Shown here: positions 45,467 through 56,038 of the stretch, piece after piece
Layout: every line of letters starts with the position of its first letter
How positions within the stretch are numbered: the stretch's first letter is position 1
IMG/VR virus record: IMGVR_UViG_3300028182_000001
Span: 32,001-96,000 of that record
From: a virus
Reading direction: 5' to 3' (one strand)
Length of the DNA stretch: 64,000 nt
Translations under genes and position numbers: made by a program
Notes under the pieces: model-generated
What the model was told of the DNA's origin: nothing
The model's database searches: none
The model's input: only the letters and a program-made list of their open reading frames with translations

Positions 45467-47239
45467 ATGAAAGTTACAGTAGACATTATGTACACGAGTG
45501 TTGACTTTGCTGGTGACACCCTTTTACAAGAAAAGGTTCACGACATGATGCACTTAGCGATGGGGGTTAAAGAAGAAGGTGCGTTCCATTCCCGAGCATA
45601 CAAGTCAGGTCACTGGGATGGGATAACTGATTTCTACGACAAGAAAGAGGACAAGTTCCATACAGGGTTACTACCTCAATTCCTTGACGGTATGAGAGCA
45701 TTGAAGAATCAATATACGAACCTCGCATACGAGATTGATGACATAAGACCTCCTCAATTGATGCACCACGACAGTATGGATGAGAAGATTGTACTGGGCA
45801 ACGGTGATAAAGACCCTATTACTCTACGTGAATATCAATACAATGCAGTAAAGAAAGCATTAGAGTCTCAAGTACAAATTCTGAATCTTGCGACAAATGC
45901 AGGTAAAACGGAATGTGCTTCAGGGATTATGCAACAATTGCTACCACACATCAAACGTGGAGAACGTATTGCATTCTTCTGTAACTCACGAGAGATTTTC
46001 CACCAAGGTTCTGAACGTGTAAGTAAACGTTTGAATCTACGAGAGAAGGATATCGGTAAGATTGGTGACGGTAAATTCGACATCAAGAACAAGAAAGTCG
46101 TATTCGTAATGGTACCGACATTAGCAAGTGCATTGAAAGACCCGAAAAAGGGACTAAGCTTTACACCGAAGGAACGAGTCGTGAAGTTCATCGCAGAAGA
46201 GATTGTTCCGAAATTCAAAAACACTGCTAACACGAGACACCTAATGCGTAACTTTATCAAGAACTGTACACTGGATACACGAGTATGGAAGGACGCAGAG
46301 GAGCAGCTAATGTACATTGCGTACGATAACAAGTTCACTGATAAGTCTGCCCAAATGCAGTTGAATAAATACATAGTCGAGTTCGACAAAATCATGCAGA
46401 AGAAGAACAAGAAGAAGTACACGAAGTACAAAGAAGTTGAAGAGTTCATGGATTCCGTTCGAGTAGCGATCCAAGACGAAGCGCACGAAATCAATGGTGC
46501 CACTATATTCGACACTATATCTCGATTACCGAATGCACAGTACCGTATTGCATTAACAGGTACAGTAGACCAAAAGAATAAAATGCTTTGGCAACGTATG
46601 CAGTGTGTTTACGGTAACGACTTATTCAAGGTATCGAACGATTACTTAATCGAGCAGGGTGTATCGTCTCGACCAGTCATTCGTTTGTTCCCGATTAAGG
46701 AGCCGAGAGGTATTGAATTAGCAGATACATACTTAGAAGCGTACAAGCTAGGTATTGCCGAGAACGATTATCGTAATACAGTCATTGCGAAATGTGCTAG
46801 TTGGTACGTGAAGAACAAACCAGGTGGGGTACTAATATCTGTAAACCACATCGAACATGGTCTCAGAGTACAACAGATTTTGAAAGAGCAGTTCGAACTA
46901 GAAAGCGACTTTACAAACGGTAGTTTACATATGGATGACCGAAACGAATACTTACGAAGATTTAGTACAGGTGAATCAAAGATATTAATTGCTTCTAGTA
47001 TCCTTGACCAAGGGGTAGACATTCAGTCTATCGGAATGCTCCTTATGTCGGGGGGAGGTAAAAGCTTACGTGTAAACTTACAACGGATCGGTCGTGGATT
47101 ACGTCTAAACGGTATAGACGGTAATACAGTGCAGGTGTTCGATTTCTTCGACATGACACACAAGTACCTGTTAGAGCACAGTAAGGAACGATTAAAGATT
47201 TACAAAAACGAGAATTTTGACGTTCGGGTTATGGAATAG
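45467..47239 (+). CDS. Superfamily 2 DNA helicase (UvsW-like)
   Basis: LREYQ (Q motif), ATNAGKT (I), QDEAH (II), LTGT (III), ILDQGVDI (V), QRIGRGLR (VI). Confidence 0.93.
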   Translation: MKVTVDIMYTSVDFAGDTLLQEKVHDMMHLAMGVKEEGAFHSRAYKSGHWDGITDFYDKKEDKFHTGLLPQFLDGMRALKNQYTNLAYEIDDIRPPQLMHHDSMDEKIVLGNGDKDPITLREYQYNAVKKALESQVQILNLATNAGKTECASGIMQQLLPHIKRGERIAFFCNSREIFHQGSERVSKRLNLREKDIGKIGDGKFDIKNKKVVFVMVPTLASALKDPKKGLSFTPKERVVKFIAEEIVPKFKNTANTRHLMRNFIKNCTLDTRVWKDAEEQLMYIAYDNKFTDKSAQMQLNKYIVEFDKIMQKKNKKKYTKYKEVEEFMDSVRVAIQDEAHEINGATIFDTISRLPNAQYRIALTGTVDQKNKMLWQRMQCVYGNDLFKVSNDYLIEQGVSSRPVIRLFPIKEPRGIELADTYLEAYKLGIAENDYRNTVIAKCASWYVKNKPGGVLISVNHIEHGLRVQQILKEQFELESDFTNGSLHMDDRNEYLRRFSTGESKILIASSILDQGVDIQSIGMLLMSGGGKSLRVNLQRIGRGLRLNGIDGNTVQVFDFFDMTHKYLLEHSKERLKIYKNENFDVRVME

Positions 47240-47249
47240 AATTTAGATA

Positions 47250-47277
47250 TTGAAATCGTTATAGTATGTGTTATACT
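47250..47277 (+). promoter_or_regulatory. Sigma-A-type promoter
   Basis: TTGAAA-N16-TATACT with extended TG. Confidence 0.6.
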
Positions 47278-47317
47278 GTAGTTACAAAGCAAGCGCAATA
47301 CACAAGGAGGAGAACCA

Positions 47318-48991
47318 ATGGAGTGCGGAGTTTACTTAGAATCGTCAGTAGTGGGTATCAAGCCTAGAGTACTAGATTTTCTAACAAAGTTAGTTGATAA
47401 AGCAAAACAGGTGAGTGATTATGCTATCTCATTCACAAAGAAAGAACTGTCTAGTGATATGGGACAGGACATACGAACAACTCATCGTTACTTACAGGAG
47501 TTGGAAAGTAAAAAAATTATCGAGTTAAAAGCGAAGAGAGGACGTGGGGGTGGAACAGTAATCATGTTCAACCCTGCTCTTATTCGTTTTGAAACATCGG
47601 ACAAAGCACTCATCAATTCAGAGGAGCGTGTAACCATTGAAGATGTTTTAGAAGAGAAGCTGCCGAAAAAGCAGAAGGAACCAAAAGAGAAAAAACGTAA
47701 TCGTAGAACAAAGCAACAACTATTCGAAGCGCAACTTCTACGTTCCGAGAAACAAAAGAATCTTGATGAGGTAAACGATAAGTTAGAGGACATGGGTAAT
47801 CACCCAAACTGGGAGTTGTTCCAAGGTACAGATAACCCAGTTGGTAACTACCGTACATACTTAATCACTCGTTTATACAATCGTTATGCAGTGCTATTTA
47901 CAGATAAGCACAACTTTAATATTGCAAACGGATTAGAAGAAGGGAATGCAGTTCCTACAGTAAGCAGTGGGTACGATGTATTACCTGAACGATTCTTCGG
48001 ATCGTCACGTTGGCAACAATTTGAAAAGTTCCGTGAGTTCTGCGAAGAAGGGGACATCGACCCTGCCGTATACTTATCTGCACAGTTCAACCGTTCTATC
48101 TTCGACAGCTCTCGTAAAGGGAACAAGAAGATGCTACCATTCACGAACGCATTAATGGGTGATACTTCTTACGATGTGTACAAGCAATACTGCTCATACC
48201 AAAAATCGTACAGTGGCTCATTCAAAGTATATCATGAGTACAAAGCGAAGTTTATGAATGACTTTGTAGTTGTAGCTATCCGTGATGCTTACGAGCACGC
48301 TGAAAAAGGAACAGGTTTACTGCAATACGGTACATCAATTAAAGAGTTCTTACGTGGAGACTTCGCAGATGACAGAGCAGATGCTTTAGTTGATTTCTAC
48401 GATATGACTAGTGAGAATCTTGTAAACAAGAAAGTATCGTTTAAAACTCGTAACACGATTAAGAAGTTCCTTGTGTTACAGTCATTAATGCAACTAGAAG
48501 GGGAGCAAGTACTTCCTCGTTATGTAATCCTTGGTTCTGAAATGGCACAAATTGCGTTAGCATCTGTTAACGACCCGTCTAAGAGCAGAGAACAAGTTCG
48601 TGAAATTAGAGAGTTCATCTTAGGTGCTCTTGTAATGCCAAATGCTACAAAAGAAAACCAAAAGAAACTTGGGTTAGACCTATACTACGAGATGGTTGCC
48701 CTCCACGAAACTCGAAACGTATTACAACTGATTGCAGAAAGAAAAGGATTGGCGTTGACATTAGCCGACCTTCGTGAAGCATTCGTTGAGTACGGTAAAG
48801 AGAAGATTCCAGTAGACGATTTCTCAATGTTAGACATTACACAAGTTGTAAGTTTCATCAATAAGGAACAATCTTATCAAGACGTAGTAGACCACAAGGA
48901 AATTACGTCTAATAAAGATTGGGAGTTAGTAGGTAGCGTACAACCGAAAGCAGATATGGATAACTTGATTGCTAACTTCTTCGGATCGTAA
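47318..48991 (+). CDS. Winged-HTH protein, putative replication initiator/origin-binding protein
   Basis: N-terminal FTKKELSSDMGQDIRTTHRYLQELESKKIIELKAKRGRGGGT wHTH; lies between two helicases. Confidence 0.7.
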   Translation: MECGVYLESSVVGIKPRVLDFLTKLVDKAKQVSDYAISFTKKELSSDMGQDIRTTHRYLQELESKKIIELKAKRGRGGGTVIMFNPALIRFETSDKALINSEERVTIEDVLEEKLPKKQKEPKEKKRNRRTKQQLFEAQLLRSEKQKNLDEVNDKLEDMGNHPNWELFQGTDNPVGNYRTYLITRLYNRYAVLFTDKHNFNIANGLEEGNAVPTVSSGYDVLPERFFGSSRWQQFEKFREFCEEGDIDPAVYLSAQFNRSIFDSSRKGNKKMLPFTNALMGDTSYDVYKQYCSYQKSYSGSFKVYHEYKAKFMNDFVVVAIRDAYEHAEKGTGLLQYGTSIKEFLRGDFADDRADALVDFYDMTSENLVNKKVSFKTRNTIKKFLVLQSLMQLEGEQVLPRYVILGSEMAQIALASVNDPSKSREQVREIREFILGALVMPNATKENQKKLGLDLYYEMVALHETRNVLQLIAERKGLALTLADLREAFVEYGKEKIPVDDFSMLDITQVVSFINKEQSYQDVVDHKEITSNKDWELVGSVQPKADMDNLIANFFGS

Positions 48992-49009
48992 GAAGAAGTT
49001 ACAGTCTTG

Positions 49010-49038
49010 TTTACAAAGTAGGACAAGCGTGATATACT
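49010..49038 (+). promoter_or_regulatory. Sigma-A-type promoter
   Basis: TTTACA-N17-TATACT with extended TG. Confidence 0.7.
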
Positions 49039-49069
49039 ACTTCACGAAGACAATAAGGAGGAGAAAGCG

Positions 49070-49303
49070 ATGAGTAGAAAGCAATCTTACAAAGGGCCGC
49101 AGTACAAGAAAAGACAGAGAGAGAAACTAGCTAATGAACTAGAGTTAGCTATCAAAAGAGTTTTAAACCAATTCGACATAGAAGATGTAAAAGAGGAAAA
49201 GCCTGAGTCTGAATGGACTATCCTTGACCACTACATAGCTGAATACGAAAAACAACAGTACGAGATGAAAGTAAATAGAACTTTGTGGGACATGAGGGGG
49301 TAG
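49070..49303 (+). CDS. Hypothetical protein
   Basis: 77 aa, RBS AAGGAGG. Confidence 0.75.
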   Translation: MSRKQSYKGPQYKKRQREKLANELELAIKRVLNQFDIEDVKEEKPESEWTILDHYIAEYEKQQYEMKVNRTLWDMRG

Positions 49304-49309
49304 TGGAAA

Positions 49310-50773
49310 ATGGAATCACCGATTATGACTCAAATATTACGTAAGGCAATCGAGAACCCAATCTTTGCGAAAGAGGTTCTTGCGGTGGCTCCCTTGACAG
49401 TGTTCGAGGGTTCACCTGCCTATACCGAGTTAGCTAGTATTGTTAAACGGTATTACCAAACGAACAACAAGCCTTTAACAGAAGATGCGTTACTTACATT
49501 GACGGAAGAGAAACTGGACCGCATGAAAAAGGACGCACTGACACAACAAGATTATTTTGGTAAGGTTCACTACTTATACGAGGTTCGTAACAGTGGGGAC
49601 AATGAAGTTATAGATGAGAAGATTGAAGAGTACGTACGTCAGAAGATGTCGATTGACCTTCTAACTAAGGCCGCAACGAACTTGAAGAATAAAGAGTTCC
49701 TAGAGAAGTTACCTGATGAATTTAAAAAGATTTTGATGCTAAACATTTCAGGTAAACGTAATGAAATCATCAACGTATTAGATGATGCAGAATATAAGCG
49801 TACATCATTAAGCACGTTATTCCAAAACATGATTCCAACTGGCTTTAAAGATATTGACCATCTAAACGGTGGTGGATTAGCCAAAGGGGAGTTAGGTTTA
49901 ATCGTAGCTGCTTCAGGTACAGGTAAAACATTAATCCTTACCAACCTAGCTACAAACTATACGAAGAATGGTTACAACGTATTGTTCATTGCATTAGAGG
50001 AATTAGAAAACCGAATGATTCTAAAGTTCGAACAATCGTTACTACGACAAAACAAAAGTACGATCCTTACAGGTAGTGTACTTAATAATGAGCAGTTCGA
50101 TAAGAGACAAGCTTTCATTCAACAACACCGTAAGCATTTCGGTAACTTGTACTTCGCTCGTTACTCTCCGCAAGCAGTTACACCTGCTAAGATTGAGCAG
50201 TTAATTTCTGACTTAATGATCCGTGAAGGAGTCCAAGTAGACGCAGTTGTTGTCGATTACCCTGAGTTACTTCGTAATCCACGTAGTTCAGGTAATGAAG
50301 CAGATGATGGTGGTAAACTATTTGAAGAGATGAGACGTATTGCCCAAGATTATAACGTGGTAATGTGGACGGCCGCACAGATGAACCGTACTGCATATTC
50401 TGCTTTAGTTCGTACTGCCGAGCACATGGAAGGTTCTCACCGTAAGAAGAATGCGGCCGAGCTTGTATTAACAGTTAACCAAACTCCTGAAGAGTATCAA
50501 GCAGGGTTCATTCGTCTATATGCGGATAAAGTACGTAACCCTCCTGAAGGACAGTATAATAGAATGCTAGGTTTCAAGGTTGTAGGTAGTGCCCAAACCG
50601 TACGAGACTTTGAAAGTGAGCAGGAGCGCAAGGAACATCAATATGTACTGGAAGCTGCCGATGAAGCACGAGAAGCAATGTTCAAGTCAAAGCGTAGGGA
50701 TGGTAAGGACAATACACCTAAGATTGACTACGCAGGTGAAATAAACCAAGCCTTACATAGTATGAGGGGGTAA
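49310..50773 (+). CDS. DnaB-like replicative helicase (SF4)
   Basis: IPTGF..ID.LNGGGLAKGEL, AASGTGKT, FIALEE, VVVDYPELL, WTAAQMNR. Confidence 0.93.
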   Translation: MESPIMTQILRKAIENPIFAKEVLAVAPLTVFEGSPAYTELASIVKRYYQTNNKPLTEDALLTLTEEKLDRMKKDALTQQDYFGKVHYLYEVRNSGDNEVIDEKIEEYVRQKMSIDLLTKAATNLKNKEFLEKLPDEFKKILMLNISGKRNEIINVLDDAEYKRTSLSTLFQNMIPTGFKDIDHLNGGGLAKGELGLIVAASGTGKTLILTNLATNYTKNGYNVLFIALEELENRMILKFEQSLLRQNKSTILTGSVLNNEQFDKRQAFIQQHRKHFGNLYFARYSPQAVTPAKIEQLISDLMIREGVQVDAVVVDYPELLRNPRSSGNEADDGGKLFEEMRRIAQDYNVVMWTAAQMNRTAYSALVRTAEHMEGSHRKKNAAELVLTVNQTPEEYQAGFIRLYADKVRNPPEGQYNRMLGFKVVGSAQTVRDFESEQERKEHQYVLEAADEAREAMFKSKRRDGKDNTPKIDYAGEINQALHSMRG

Positions 50774-50777
50774 GTGA

Positions 50778-51131
50778 ATGGACAATATAGCTATTGTAGT
50801 GGGTCACATATGGGACGATTACAAGATTGGTAAAGGTATAGAAATCATTTCAACGGCTAATGACGACTACTTAGGTACCGACATCTTTTGTGATATGGAG
50901 AATGCGTTACTGGATAACATTAACACAAACGGTGAAGAGGACTTCGACTTCATTGCAATTGTCAGAGCCAAACATGTTAAAAGCGAAGGTGGTTGGTGGG
51001 GTACCGAAGAGTGGGAATCCGAGTACGAAGTCCTACAGATTGACGATGACAACCTCCAAGAAGCAATCGACATCTACAACAAAGAGAAACGTGAAGAACC
51101 GACAATGGGGGACTTTAAACATGAATCCTAA
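50778..51131 (+). CDS. Acidic hypothetical protein
   Basis: 117 aa, RBS GAGGGG; overlaps the next start. Confidence 0.7.
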   Translation: MDNIAIVVGHIWDDYKIGKGIEIISTANDDYLGTDIFCDMENALLDNINTNGEEDFDFIAIVRAKHVKSEGGWWGTEEWESEYEVLQIDDDNLQEAIDIYNKEKREEPTMGDFKHES

Positions 51132-52209
51132 AAAGAAGTATGTTGTTTTCGGAGATTATCATTTACATAACTTCGCAGATTATGCGAAACCAATGACTGC
51201 GACATTGTACGGACAGGAATTAGAAGTTACGGATCGTTTAGTGGCTCACGTCCAAACGATAGACAAGCTATTTGAAATTGCTCATGAAAACGATGCAGAT
51301 GTAATATTCGTAGGGGACTTCTTCCACTCCCGTTACAGTATCCCAACCTTGGTATTTAACCTAGGGTTCGATGCTATTTACGAGAACATGCAGAAGTATC
51401 CGAATATGAATATGTACATGATTGTAGGGAACCATGACCAAAAGGACAACTCACGATTCCCTGTACATAGTTTACGATCCTTTAGAACGATTGATAGAGT
51501 ACATGTACTAGACGACTTCTACCCAGTGGATGTTGGCTCTTGTGTACTATACCCTGTGTCTTACTCCGACGATGTAGCTTATCTGAAACAACGTATTGTA
51601 GACTTTGCTCAAGATGCAGAACTGATGGACAAGCCGACTCTACTACTAGGTCACATCGGGATAGACGGTAGTGAGACAGGTAGATACAGCCACCGATTAG
51701 AAGGGGCATTTAAGGTAGGGGATTTATTCCCTCATATCTTTACATATGGTTTATTCGGTCACTATCATAAGTGGCAGTTCCTTGGTGGTACCGACAATAT
51801 GCTTTATACAGGAAATACAATCCAAACCAGTTTCTCCGATGAGGGACAAGATAAAGGTGTATGGCTTGTAGATGTGGAGAACATCGGTAGGCCGCAGTTC
51901 ATTCCGATACAGAATAAAAAGTTCATTACACTAACAACGATTCCTGACAATGCACAAGAGATTATCGACAATAACTACGTACGTTTTGTCGTTCCTCAAT
52001 CAGTAGCTACAGAGATAGAAGTGTTCAAGGAGAGCACAGACAACATCCGAGTAGAGGTGCAAAAGGAGTACAAATCAGAGCTACGTATTGACATCGAAGT
52101 AGGATCGGACGAGAACACAATCGTGGAGACATACACGAAAAAGATGTATCCACATGTGACAGCTATAGCACTGGATATACTAAAAGAAGCCAAGCTTCGA
52201 CAAGCATAA
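51121..52209 (+). CDS. SbcD/Mre11-like metallophosphoesterase nuclease
   Basis: GDYHLH, VGDFFH, VGNHD, LGH, GHYH motifs; start ATG 51121 after GGGGGA. Confidence 0.92.
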   Translation: MNPKKKYVVFGDYHLHNFADYAKPMTATLYGQELEVTDRLVAHVQTIDKLFEIAHENDADVIFVGDFFHSRYSIPTLVFNLGFDAIYENMQKYPNMNMYMIVGNHDQKDNSRFPVHSLRSFRTIDRVHVLDDFYPVDVGSCVLYPVSYSDDVAYLKQRIVDFAQDAELMDKPTLLLGHIGIDGSETGRYSHRLEGAFKVGDLFPHIFTYGLFGHYHKWQFLGGTDNMLYTGNTIQTSFSDEGQDKGVWLVDVENIGRPQFIPIQNKKFITLTTIPDNAQEIIDNNYVRFVVPQSVATEIEVFKESTDNIRVEVQKEYKSELRIDIEVGSDENTIVETYTKKMYPHVTAIALDILKEAKLRQA

Positions 52210-52215
52210 ACCATG

Positions 52216-52244
52216 AGGGTTAGGTCTACGGACTAACCCTTTTT
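52216..52244 (+). terminator. Intrinsic terminator
   Basis: AGGGTTAG...CTAACCCT followed by TTTT. Confidence 0.8.
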
Positions 52245-52248
52245 GTCG

Positions 52249-52277
52249 TTGACATAACACGCTCTAAATGATACAAT
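52249..52277 (+). promoter_or_regulatory. Sigma-A promoter
   Basis: TTGACA-N17-TACAAT with extended TG. Confidence 0.85.
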
Positions 52278-52317
52278 GAGGTTACAGAAAGGTATACACT
52301 AAGAAGGGAGAAGAAAT

Positions 52318-54210
52318 ATGCAGTGGGATACATTAATCGTGAAAAACTTCCTAGCCATTAACGAAGCTAGGGTGCAGTTGCATAACCAAGGGTTAGTCCT
52401 GATTGACGGTATTAACAAGAGCGATCCGAAGTTTAAAAGTAATGGTGCAGGTAAAAGTACGTTAATTCCTGATGCTTTATCATACGCTCTATACGATATC
52501 ACAACTAAAGGGGATAAAGCAGACGATGTTATAAACAACAAAGTAGGTAAGAATACAGAGGTAATTCTTATTGGCCGCAAGGGTGAAGATACATACAGAA
52601 TTGAACGTTACAGAAAACATACGAAACATAAGAACAAGGTAAAGCTATTCCGAAACGATACGGAGATTACGGGTAAGTCGGCAAGTGTGACAAACAAGTT
52701 AATCGAAGAACTAATCGGGGTAGAGTATAACACATTCATTAACAGTATCTTGTTTGCACAGAAATCGGACGGACTCGGATCGTTCGCAGTACTGCCTGAT
52801 TCACGTAAGAAAGAAATTCTCGATAGTCTACTAAACTTAGATATTTATTCGTTAGCACAAGAGATTGCAAAAGAACGAGTAAAGAGTAAGGAACGTGAGA
52901 TGGATGAGAAGAGACGTGAAGGGGACAAGCTCGAATGGGAGTTAAGCCAAGTCGATGTACTAGAAGAACAAGAGAAAGCGCAGTATGAAAATACTCGTAA
53001 CCTGATTAGACAGGAGCAACAAAATTTAGCTGATACAGTGAAGCAGTTAAACGACTATCCTGCTAAGTTCTTCCCAGTTGTGGACAAGTGCCGAGAAGAA
53101 GTGGTAAGGCTTACGAAGGAACGAGAAGAGATGAACACAGTCAATATCTCGGAGTATCAGAATGACGTAAACCAAAAACAACAACTTGTAATGGCTACGA
53201 AAGCTGAGATTAATAGATTGGTGAAAGAGAAGGCAAGTATCGTTACGAACTACAAAAAAGTAGAGATGAGCAAGACTTGCCCAGTATGTGGTAGTGAGAT
53301 GGACAGCACACATCGTGAACAGGAATTAAACTCACTAAAGGATCAGCTACGCCAAGTACTTATCTCAGCTCAATCATTGGAGCCAATCCTACAACAACAT
53401 GAAACAGAGTACCAAGCATCGTACGAAGTGTTCTCGCAACATAAGGACATACAGAACCGAGCGATGGAAGAGTACCGTAACATCTCAGTTCAGATTCAGA
53501 AGAACGAGCAAGCGGTCCAACATTACGAAACAAACCTGAAAGCACTCAAGGATAAAGTACAACACATCAACACAACGTTAAAGAAGCTTATGAGTATCCC
53601 TGAGCCACAGAAAAAAGATTCCAATAGAGAAGCTATCAAAGAAAAGATAACGGCTCACAAACACTCTCTCGTGGCTTTAGAGAAAGAGAAGCAGACGTTA
53701 GAAGACGCAGTTAAGGTTTACTCGAATGAAGGAGTTAAATCTCACGTACTCGACCTTATCACACCATTCCTTAACGAACAAGGAAATACATATCTTGCTA
53801 AACTAGCAGGAAGTAACATGGAGCTAAACTTTAGTACACGTACACCGAAGAAAGATGGTGGGTACTCAGAAAAGTTTGATGTGCAGTTAATCAACCGAGC
53901 AGGTGGAGACAAGTACAAGTCTAACTCAGGTGGAGAACGTAAACGAGCAGACTTAGCTATCTCTCTAGCATTACAAGATTTAGTACTAGGTAGCACGAAC
54001 TTAATCGTATACGATGAGGTATTCGATGCACTGGACGAGGTAGGCGTAGAAAACGTGGTGGCGTTATTAAAAGAACGAGTAAAAACCATCGGTTCAATAT
54101 TCGTAATAACACACAACCAACACTTTAGTAATCTATTTGAAAAACGAATTACAATTGTAAAAGATACGAACGGTATCTCAACATTAAAAGAAGGGGAAGG
54201 AAAATCATGA
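52318..54210 (+). CDS. SbcC/Rad50-like ATPase
   Basis: SNGAGKST Walker A, CPVCG zinc hook, SGGE signature, VYDEVFDALD Walker B/D-loop, ITH. Confidence 0.95.
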   Translation: MQWDTLIVKNFLAINEARVQLHNQGLVLIDGINKSDPKFKSNGAGKSTLIPDALSYALYDITTKGDKADDVINNKVGKNTEVILIGRKGEDTYRIERYRKHTKHKNKVKLFRNDTEITGKSASVTNKLIEELIGVEYNTFINSILFAQKSDGLGSFAVLPDSRKKEILDSLLNLDIYSLAQEIAKERVKSKEREMDEKRREGDKLEWELSQVDVLEEQEKAQYENTRNLIRQEQQNLADTVKQLNDYPAKFFPVVDKCREEVVRLTKEREEMNTVNISEYQNDVNQKQQLVMATKAEINRLVKEKASIVTNYKKVEMSKTCPVCGSEMDSTHREQELNSLKDQLRQVLISAQSLEPILQQHETEYQASYEVFSQHKDIQNRAMEEYRNISVQIQKNEQAVQHYETNLKALKDKVQHINTTLKKLMSIPEPQKKDSNREAIKEKITAHKHSLVALEKEKQTLEDAVKVYSNEGVKSHVLDLITPFLNEQGNTYLAKLAGSNMELNFSTRTPKKDGGYSEKFDVQLINRAGGDKYKSNSGGERKRADLAISLALQDLVLGSTNLIVYDEVFDALDEVGVENVVALLKERVKTIGSIFVITHNQHFSNLFEKRITIVKDTNGISTLKEGEGKS

Positions 54211-54779
54211 AACTAATTAATATTTCAGAAAAGGAGATTCTGTTAGAACTGAAAACAACAGACAAGAAGCTAGAAGAAATTTGTCTGCCCAAAGAGAACA
54301 TTCATTTTTGGTATCCGTTTAACATCAATTTCTATTACAAGCATTCAAGCGCAAAGGGGTATATGTACTTAGTCCAGGATAAGCATTATGAAGGAACAAA
54401 CCATTATGATACTACGATCCTGAAACGTACAAAGAAGTTAATGAAGCACGAAGGTGTACCGTTAAACTTACCAGTGTACGAAAGAAATACATACATCATG
54501 AGTAAAGCATTTGAGTTAGGTATTCCAACGATTGCACAGAGTTACACAAGTGAAAGTGTCCAACACGGCTTCGACACGTTAGCTGCTATTATGGGTGATT
54601 TACAAAGTGAGATTGAAGAACGGTATGTGGAAGCATCGGGTAAATCTCAACCACCTATAAATACAGAGAAGTGGGACAAGGAGATGTATAAGCACGCTAC
54701 AGAAGAAGAATTATCTGAACTTCAAGAGTACGGTGAAATGTACACGATGTTATCTATTATGAGAAAATTATCTCAATAA
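54207..54779 (+). CDS. Hypothetical protein
   Basis: 190 aa; ATGA overlap with the SbcC-like gene. Confidence 0.8.
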   Translation: MKLINISEKEILLELKTTDKKLEEICLPKENIHFWYPFNINFYYKHSSAKGYMYLVQDKHYEGTNHYDTTILKRTKKLMKHEGVPLNLPVYERNTYIMSKAFELGIPTIAQSYTSESVQHGFDTLAAIMGDLQSEIEERYVEASGKSQPPINTEKWDKEMYKHATEEELSELQEYGEMYTMLSIMRKLSQ

Positions 54780-54791
54780 GGAGAAGGTACT

Positions 54792-55865
54792 ATGTTTATA
54801 GACTTACTAGAAGAGGAATTAGGTGAATCTAAGCCAGCAGGTAACGAGACAAGGTTTAATTGTCCATTCTGCTCAAATACAAAACATAAACTCTACGTGG
54901 AGAACGCAGACCTAGGGCGTTGGATATGCTTTAAATGTTCCAAGTCAGGAAACCCTGTATCATTCGTTATGGCATATTACCACGTAGACTTTGAAGAAGC
55001 CAAGGAAATTCTACTAACCTACGATTACGATGTAGAAGAGTTCAAGAAACAACGAACATCCTTCTCAGGTTACGGAGCAGGAGGACTCACGGAGGAGGAG
55101 AGACTGCTCTTATACATCACACGAGGAGGAGAACCGTTAGAGGAGGAGGTTAAGATTACATATACGTGTCCAAGACCTCCAACGAACTGTAAATCACTAA
55201 TGGAGAACTTCAATAATCCTGAAGCATTTATATTCTTCCAGTACCTACAAGGTCGTGGTGTAACACTCGAACATATTAGAGACCACAATATATCATATGT
55301 TACGTACGGAGAAGTAGAACTAGTGGATGGACGAAAGATGAACTTAATCAATCATCTCGTGTTCTTTACATTCGATGAGAACGGATACCCTGTATATTGG
55401 AATACTCGTAGCATAGACCCGAATCCGTTTATTAAATCATTCAATGCTCCTGCAAAGACGACAGAATATTCTAAAAATAATACGGTTTTCAATCTAAACA
55501 GAGCACGGTTTTATGATAAAATAGTAGTTACTGAGGGTGTATTTAACGCACTGACTGTAGGGTATCATGGAGTCGCAACCTTCGGTAAGAAGGTTACAGA
55601 GGAACAGGTTAAGATGATGTTAGATGCCACAGAACAGTTTAAAACCCCAATATATTTGTTCCTAGATAAAGATGCCTGGAAAGAGATGATACAGTCTGCT
55701 CATACGATCCACCGTATTGATCCTACTAGACCAGTGTACTACGTAAACAGTCCAACGGATGAGGATGCGAATGACATTGGTACAGAGAGATGTTATGAAT
55801 GGATTTCAAATGCGTTCTTAGCAGATGCTCAAGGAGACTTACAGTTACAATTACTTAATATGTAG
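54792..55865 (+). CDS. DNA primase (Zn finger + TOPRIM)
   Basis: CPFC...CFKC zinc domain, VVTEGVFNAL, FLDKDA, DEDAND. Confidence 0.92.
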   Translation: MFIDLLEEELGESKPAGNETRFNCPFCSNTKHKLYVENADLGRWICFKCSKSGNPVSFVMAYYHVDFEEAKEILLTYDYDVEEFKKQRTSFSGYGAGGLTEEERLLLYITRGGEPLEEEVKITYTCPRPPTNCKSLMENFNNPEAFIFFQYLQGRGVTLEHIRDHNISYVTYGEVELVDGRKMNLINHLVFFTFDENGYPVYWNTRSIDPNPFIKSFNAPAKTTEYSKNNTVFNLNRARFYDKIVVTEGVFNALTVGYHGVATFGKKVTEEQVKMMLDATEQFKTPIYLFLDKDAWKEMIQSAHTIHRIDPTRPVYYVNSPTDEDANDIGTERCYEWISNAFLADAQGDLQLQLLNM

Positions 55866-55877
55866 GAGGGTTTGCTA

Positions 55878-56024
55878 GTGGTGAATCTACGAGCACGAGA
55901 CTTTTACAAGAGAGAAAACTATGAAACGTTTTGGCGCTTCTTATTGGGGATGGTTATATGTACGTTCATACTGTTTCCGATAGCGTTCTTTCTTAAATTG
56001 GTTGACAAAATAACTGGTAACTAA
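55878..56024 (+). CDS. Small single-pass membrane protein (48 aa; not in ORF track)
   Basis: RBS AGGAGG 55864-55869, GTG start, MVNLRARDFYKRENYETFWRFLLGMVICTFILFPIAFFLKLVDKITGN, TAA 56022-56024. Confidence 0.7.
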   Translation: MVNLRARDFYKRENYETFWRFLLGMVICTFILFPIAFFLKLVDKITGN

Positions 56025-56038
56025 GAGGAGGAGAACAA

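Noticed and set aside
45467-50773. Inteins or homing endonucleases in the helicases
   Set aside because: No C/S...HN splice motifs and no HNH/LAGLIDADG/GIY-YIG signatures seen. The extra segment in the SF2 helicase between motifs I and II looks like a helical insert.
50890-51120. 77-aa N-terminal extension of the SbcD-like nuclease
   Set aside because: Overlaps the 50778-51131 gene; the first metallophosphoesterase motif and the RBS fit ATG 51121.
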